A DNA stretch of 64,000 nucleotides from Planctomycetota bacterium (lineage in GTDB: Bacteria; Planctomycetota; PLA2; JAEUHO01). The notes beneath the pieces were generated by a model. That model was not told the DNA's origin and searched no databases. It saw only the letters and a list, made by a program, of their open reading frames with translations. Position 1 is the stretch's first letter. Each line of letters opens with the position of its first letter. The stretch is from the NCBI GenBank assembly GCA_965222115.1, contig CBDCTJ010000003.1, forward strand, positions 192,001 through 256,000, read 5' to 3'. A program made the translations under genes and the position numbers. Shown piece by piece: positions 59,811 through 64,000 of the stretch.

Positions 59811-61638
59811 GGAGTACAGCAACAAACTCAATTTCGGCACTGGCAGTGGGAACCACATGGGGCACGACGAGATGACCATTCACGATGGTCCCCCTACTTG
59901 GAAGCCCATGCATTCCGTAATGCGCAAACTCTCGCACTCGCATGGCAGATCTGAGCATAACGGGTGTCCCGTCGGCTATGGACGCCTGGGTTGGCTGGGC
60001 TAGTGGAAATCGCAGCGACTTAGTCGCGGGAATCTGAATAACGATTGGACCTGTTCCGCTTGGGTCCAGTGAGTTTCGACCGAAGGGGACCATGATCGAA
60101 ACACTGGGGATGCGGTCCGATGTCACCTTCAGCATTGTGGACGCGAATGGATCGGCGCAATCGACTGTGACCAATCCGTCGCTCCCTGTACGCACATCGC
60201 ACAAAACGGAGTTCATGGAAAGCAGAGGGGTGCAATGCTTATAGTGGCGAATCGACATGCGCACGCGTGCGCCGGAGACTGCATCGCCACTAGAGACTTC
60301 TTCGACGCGAACCACACGCCTGTCGGGCTTCGCGACGTCAATGCGCCATACCTCGCCTTGTGATGGACGAACCGATCGACGAACCTCAGTGGGTCGAATT
60401 TCCTTAGCAATGACGAGCGCGCGCAACTCGCCACCCGTGACGAGTGGTGAGGTCACAACCCGCCCGGCTTCGTTGGTACGAAACACGATGTGCCGATCGA
60501 GAACTACAAACGCGCGGGCCACCGGCCCCTCCACATCGTACACATCAATGGTTAGTCGTTCCGCGGGCTTTACGAGAATCGGCGCCACGCGGAATGGACC
60601 TGTTCGCTGTGTTTCCGACGCCTGAATGGCGTGTGTCAGGTAGCCCGCCTTGCCGTCCGGAGCGATGGCACGAACGGTGAGGCGAACTTGCGCGTCGCCT
60701 TCCGCAAACACCACGTCTCGGCGAAGAACGTCGACATGGTACTCGCCCTTCTGATTCGTCGTTGCTTGGCCGAGAACCTTGTCTAGTAGGAGCACGGTCA
60801 CGTCGGTGTTTGGGACGGGATGACGCCCTTCGCCGATCACGCGCCCCACAAGCATGAAGCGTTCGACCACTGAGGATTCATCAATGTCTACGGAGACTTC
60901 CTTAGGGGGAGAACGGAGTTCGACCTTCTTGCGCATGACGCCATTTCCCAATGGCCGGGGCGACTCAATCGTTGTCTCGCGAGAGGGATCAGTCGCTTCG
61001 TCGAAGGTTGTTGCGTCGTAGACGAATTTGCCGCCTATGGAGAGCAATACGATTGCCGTGAGTGCTATGCCGGTCTTTTTCATGATAACTCCTCCCCCTA
61101 TGGACGCCGCTAGTGGGAGCGCCCATCCACGCCGCCCTTCTTCGTGTCTTTCATCTAGCGCCGCGCGCATCCTTGTGAGGCCCCGATGAAGTCGACTCTT
61201 AACGGTGGCAAGGGGTACGCCGGTATGGGCGGCAATACGCTTGGGTGAGAGCTCTTCGAAATAGCGCAGCAACAGCATTGAACGAAAGGGCTCATCAAGT
61301 TCAGCGAGCGCTGCGAGTACGCGACGCTGTGCCTCGGCACGAAGCGCAAGTGATTCCGTCGATGCCACGCGCTCACGTTTCGCACGCGCTTGTTCCCGCC
61401 GACGACGACGCTCGTCCGATCGAAGCTCGCGACGCGCCATATTCTTCGCCACACCACTGAGCCACGGTCCCAGACTGGTCTTTGCAGCACCGGCACCCGT
61501 AAGACCCACCACCAACGCATCCTGCGCAATGTCCTGAGCGGTCTGATCATCACGGACAAGTCGGCGCGCGAGCCGCACGAGCCCCTGCCGGGAGCTGAGC
61601 AGTTCGTCGATCTGGTCGGGGGTCAGTGGCGTAGACAT
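59686..61638 (-). CDS. ECF sigma factor fused to TM helix and extracytoplasmic extension (frameshifted near 59800)
   Basis: AQDIAQDA, PWLSGVAKN, LRYFEELSPKRIA...ATVKSRLHRG, then WALPL..GGGVIMKK and a TM helix. Confidence 0.88.
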   Translation of the reverse strand: MSTPLTPDQIDELLSSRQGLVRLARRLVRDDQTAQDIAQDALVVGLTGAGAAKTSLGPWLSGVAKNMARRELRSDERRRRREQARAKRERVASTESLALRAEAQRRVLAALAELDEPFRSMLLLRYFEELSPKRIAAHTGVPLATVKSRLHRGLTRMRAALDERHEEGRRGWALPLAASIGGGVIMKKTGIALTAIVLLSIGGKFVYDATTFDEATDPSRETTIESPRPLGNGVMRKKVELRSPPKEVSVDIDESSVVERFMLVGRVIGEGRHPVPNTDVTVLLLDKVLGQATTNQKGEYHVDVLRRDVVFAEGDAQVRLTVRAIAPDGKAGYLTHAIQASETQRTGPFRVAPILVKPAERLTIDVYDVEGPVARAFVVLDRHIVFRTNEAGRVVTSPLVTGGELRALVIAKEIRPTEVRRSVRPSQGEVWRIDVAKPDRRVVRVEEVSSGDAVSGARVRMSIRHYKHCTPLLSMNSVLCDVRTGSDGLVTVDCADPFASTMLKVTSDRIPSVSIMVPFGRNSLDPSGTGPIVIQIPATKSLRFPLAQPTQASIADGTPVMLRSAMRVREFAHYGMHGLPSRGTIVNGHLVVPHVVPTASAEIEFVAVLPDGRSNHAASTWVSTGARRSSRRGRKALCRHCHRGPNGYRC

Positions 61639-61751
61639 TGGCTTCTATCTAGTTGTGCCCGCGCTCAGGACATCGATGCCTCCGAAAATCCACATTGCCT
61701 ACTTTTGTGGACTACCGCCCACAAACACACGCTCGTACGCACGGGTGCGTC

Positions 61752-62612
61752 CTACGAATGACCGGCAAGAAACCGCTCTTTCAATCGCTCAAGGCGAAAG
61801 GCGCGCATGTTGGGCTTGTCTTGCATGGCTACGCACAGCCAGACGGCACGGCAGTACTCAAAGTCGGGCAGGAACGCAGACGGCGGAGGGAGCCGGCTGT
61901 CTCGGTAGATGCTGTCGATAATCTTTAGGTAGTTTGTGCGTTGCTCGGGTGTGAATGTGTAGCGCTGCATAAAGTGATGAGAGGGATCGGGCGCGAAGTA
62001 CTCGGTGTGAACGAGTGCTGTAATGAGGTCATAGCCTGCGGGCGCCGGGAAGGCGTCGTCGAGGTCGATCACGCCGGCGGGAAACATGTTGTGTGCGTTG
62101 AAGTCGCCGTGGCTCTCGACGTAGGGAAACGGGAAGAGTGCGGCAATGGCGTCGTCGAAACGGCGATGAATACGGTCATGCCATACGGGTAACTCAAGGG
62201 CGAGTTCGTTCAGCGCAATGCCGCTTGCGAAGGCCGAGGGCTCGTGCGTATCCAATCGCGTTTCAAGTTGCGCGCTCGCGAATCGACTTACGACGTCGAG
62301 AAACTCGCCAAAGCGTTGTTCGCCTATGGCACCGGATTGATCCATGTCGAGACGAAAGAGCTCGCCCAGCTGTTCGTCACCGAGTGAGCGTTCGATGTAG
62401 TAGAAGGCACCGTTGTGATTCCCCTCATAAACGATGTCGGCGAGAGGCGCGCCCCTCTTCAATAGTCTGCGATGCACCTCTCGTTCGCGCTCGACGTCGC
62501 CAAGCTTTAGAAACAACGCGTCAGACCGGTACACGCGCACACGACCACCGCGTCGCGTTCGAATCGCGCGAAACGTGTGGCCATGAAGCTCAAGTGTGTC
62601 AGGAAGATGCAT
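61752..62612 (-). CDS. Aminoglycoside phosphotransferase/choline-kinase-like protein
   Basis: LFLKLG, SHGDFNAHNM, GVIDLD, GYDL. Confidence 0.8.
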   Translation of the reverse strand: MHLPDTLELHGHTFRAIRTRRGGRVRVYRSDALFLKLGDVEREREVHRRLLKRGAPLADIVYEGNHNGAFYYIERSLGDEQLGELFRLDMDQSGAIGEQRFGEFLDVVSRFASAQLETRLDTHEPSAFASGIALNELALELPVWHDRIHRRFDDAIAALFPFPYVESHGDFNAHNMFPAGVIDLDDAFPAPAGYDLITALVHTEYFAPDPSHHFMQRYTFTPEQRTNYLKIIDSIYRDSRLPPPSAFLPDFEYCRAVWLCVAMQDKPNMRAFRLERLKERFLAGHS

Positions 62613-62934
62613 GCAAGGGCTCAATGGTTGGCTGTGTTGCCAATGAAGCGGAGCGGGACGAATGCAGACCATGCCCGGAGCGCCTGAGAACACATAGCGT
62701 CGGTTGACGCGTCGATGCAGATCCAATGGCATGTGGCATTCGCTGGAATGAGGTCATCAAATCGCCCGTCGCCTCCATCCGGTCGGCCACAGCGCCGACC
62801 TAATTGGGGATCGAGGGCACTCTCTTGGCTGGGAACTGCGGGTCTCTGCCGCATCCGTTGCTAGGATTGCGCCTTCCCGTCGCCTTGAGTACTGGCTCAG
62901 GGCGAGTCTGGCGCCCACACTCAAGGAATGCCCC

Positions 62935-64000
62935 ATGCTGCGAATGATCGCTTGGCTCCCGCTTGTAGCCCTTTTGCTCCTTCCAAGTCAGTTGTGGGCC
63001 GATGACATTGACGAACAGGCGGCGGCGCAGACAGTAGAACGACTCCTCGCTAAAGATACAAACAACGACATACCTACGATCTGGCGTCTGTCACAGACGT
63101 TGGCCAAAGGCGAGCGGCCCGCCGTCCCTGCACTTCGCAAGGCGCTCGAAGAGGCCAAGCCTTCGCAGGGGCTTGCCATTGCGCGGGCGTTGGTGCTGCT
63201 CGAAGAACACACGGCCGGCTTGGATGCGCTCAAGCTAATTGCTATGAATGATGACGCGGAAACACCCATTCGCGTCGCAGCCATACAGATACTTGGCGAC
63301 GAGGGTGAGCCCGAAGAGGCCGAGTGGCTCGAAGAACGCATTGACGACATGCTCGAGCCCCACGTCAAGTTGGCGATGGCCAAGGGACTATGGGATCTCA
63401 ATCGTTCGAGCAAGAAAAAGGGCAAGAATGTCATGCTCGCGTTCATGCGCAGCACCGACGCGAATCTGAAAGCGCTGGGCGCGTTGGCGCTTGGAGAAAT
63501 CGGTGCGATCTCGGATGCGCGTACCGTCCTGCGCGCGCTGGCGGAAGAACCCACGGAACGGGGTCGCAGCGCGCGTCTCATTATGCGCCTCAACCGCATG
63601 GAAATGATGGCTGAGCAAGCGATGCGCGGTGATGAGAGCGCCGAGCCCGAGGTGCCGATTGTCACCGGTGCGCCAACAGTGAGTTCGGCGGGCAATTGGC
63701 CGTTGCTCGATGAAATCTTCGCAAAACTGAAGAGCTACTACATTGACGATTCGATGCTCGATCATCGAAAGCTCGAAGACGCCGCTGCCAGAGGACTGAC
63801 GTCTGCGCTCGATTCCCATACCGGCTACCTTTCGCCCGAAGACAACGCCAAAATGCTTGAGTCGCTCGATCCCACCTACGGCGGGGTGGGCGCGTACGTC
63901 TTCAATGACCCGGACAACAACAAGTTCTTCACCATTAGCCGTCCGATCTATGGCGGACCCATCTACAAGGCCGACTTGCGTGCGGGTGACATGGTTACCA
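62935..64000 (+). CDS. S41-family C-terminal processing protease with N-terminal HEAT repeats (3' truncated; missing from the ORF track)
   Basis: AAGGA RBS; MLRMIAWLPLVALLLLPSQLWA signal; HEAT-like repeats; GLTSALDSHTGYLSP...YGGVG...SRPIYGGPIYKADLRAGD (start of PDZ domain). Confidence 0.85.
   Translation, partial: MLRMIAWLPLVALLLLPSQLWADDIDEQAAAQTVERLLAKDTNNDIPTIWRLSQTLAKGERPAVPALRKALEEAKPSQGLAIARALVLLEEHTAGLDALKLIAMNDDAETPIRVAAIQILGDEGEPEEAEWLEERIDDMLEPHVKLAMAKGLWDLNRSSKKKGKNVMLAFMRSTDANLKALGALALGEIGAISDARTVLRALAEEPTERGRSARLIMRLNRMEMMAEQAMRGDESAEPEVPIVTGAPTVSSAGNWPLLDEIFAKLKSYYIDDSMLDHRKLEDAAARGLTSALDSHTGYLSPEDNAKMLESLDPTYGGVGAYVFNDPDNNKFFTISRPIYGGPIYKADLRAGDMVT

Overview
GC-rich (roughly 60% by eye) bacterial chromosomal segment, standard genetic code, most consistent with a Planctomycetota genome (ECF sigma factors with long extensions, DUF1800/DUF1501 pair, carboxypeptidase-regulatory-like repeat proteins, HEAT-repeat lipoproteins, a Cys/Tyr/Thr/Val-rich envelope protein). 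About 45 genes: housekeeping (tsaE, thiL, thiE, dapB, accB/accC, asd, moaC, comM, deaD), cell-envelope and sugar genes, and many secreted unknowns. I found no rRNA, tRNA, CRISPR array or transposase. The standout is at 4369-5759 (- strand): a BNR/Asp-box beta-propeller gene that the ORF track splits in two looks like one reading frame with an in-frame TGA at a position that I recall being Cys in this family (xCVHK). It is followed by a bacterial SECIS-like hairpin and is translationally coupled to a MoaD/ThiS ubiquitin-like carrier, making it a candidate new selenoprotein/sulfur-carrier system. Other notable items: a phosphatase-DapB fusion, a 12x8/12x9 giant beta-hairpin protein, an NLR-like DUF4062-STAND-TM-TPR receptor, an ECF sigma fusion with an internal deletion and a free-standing paralog, and small palindromic repeats. 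All family calls are from motif recognition by eye, not database searches.
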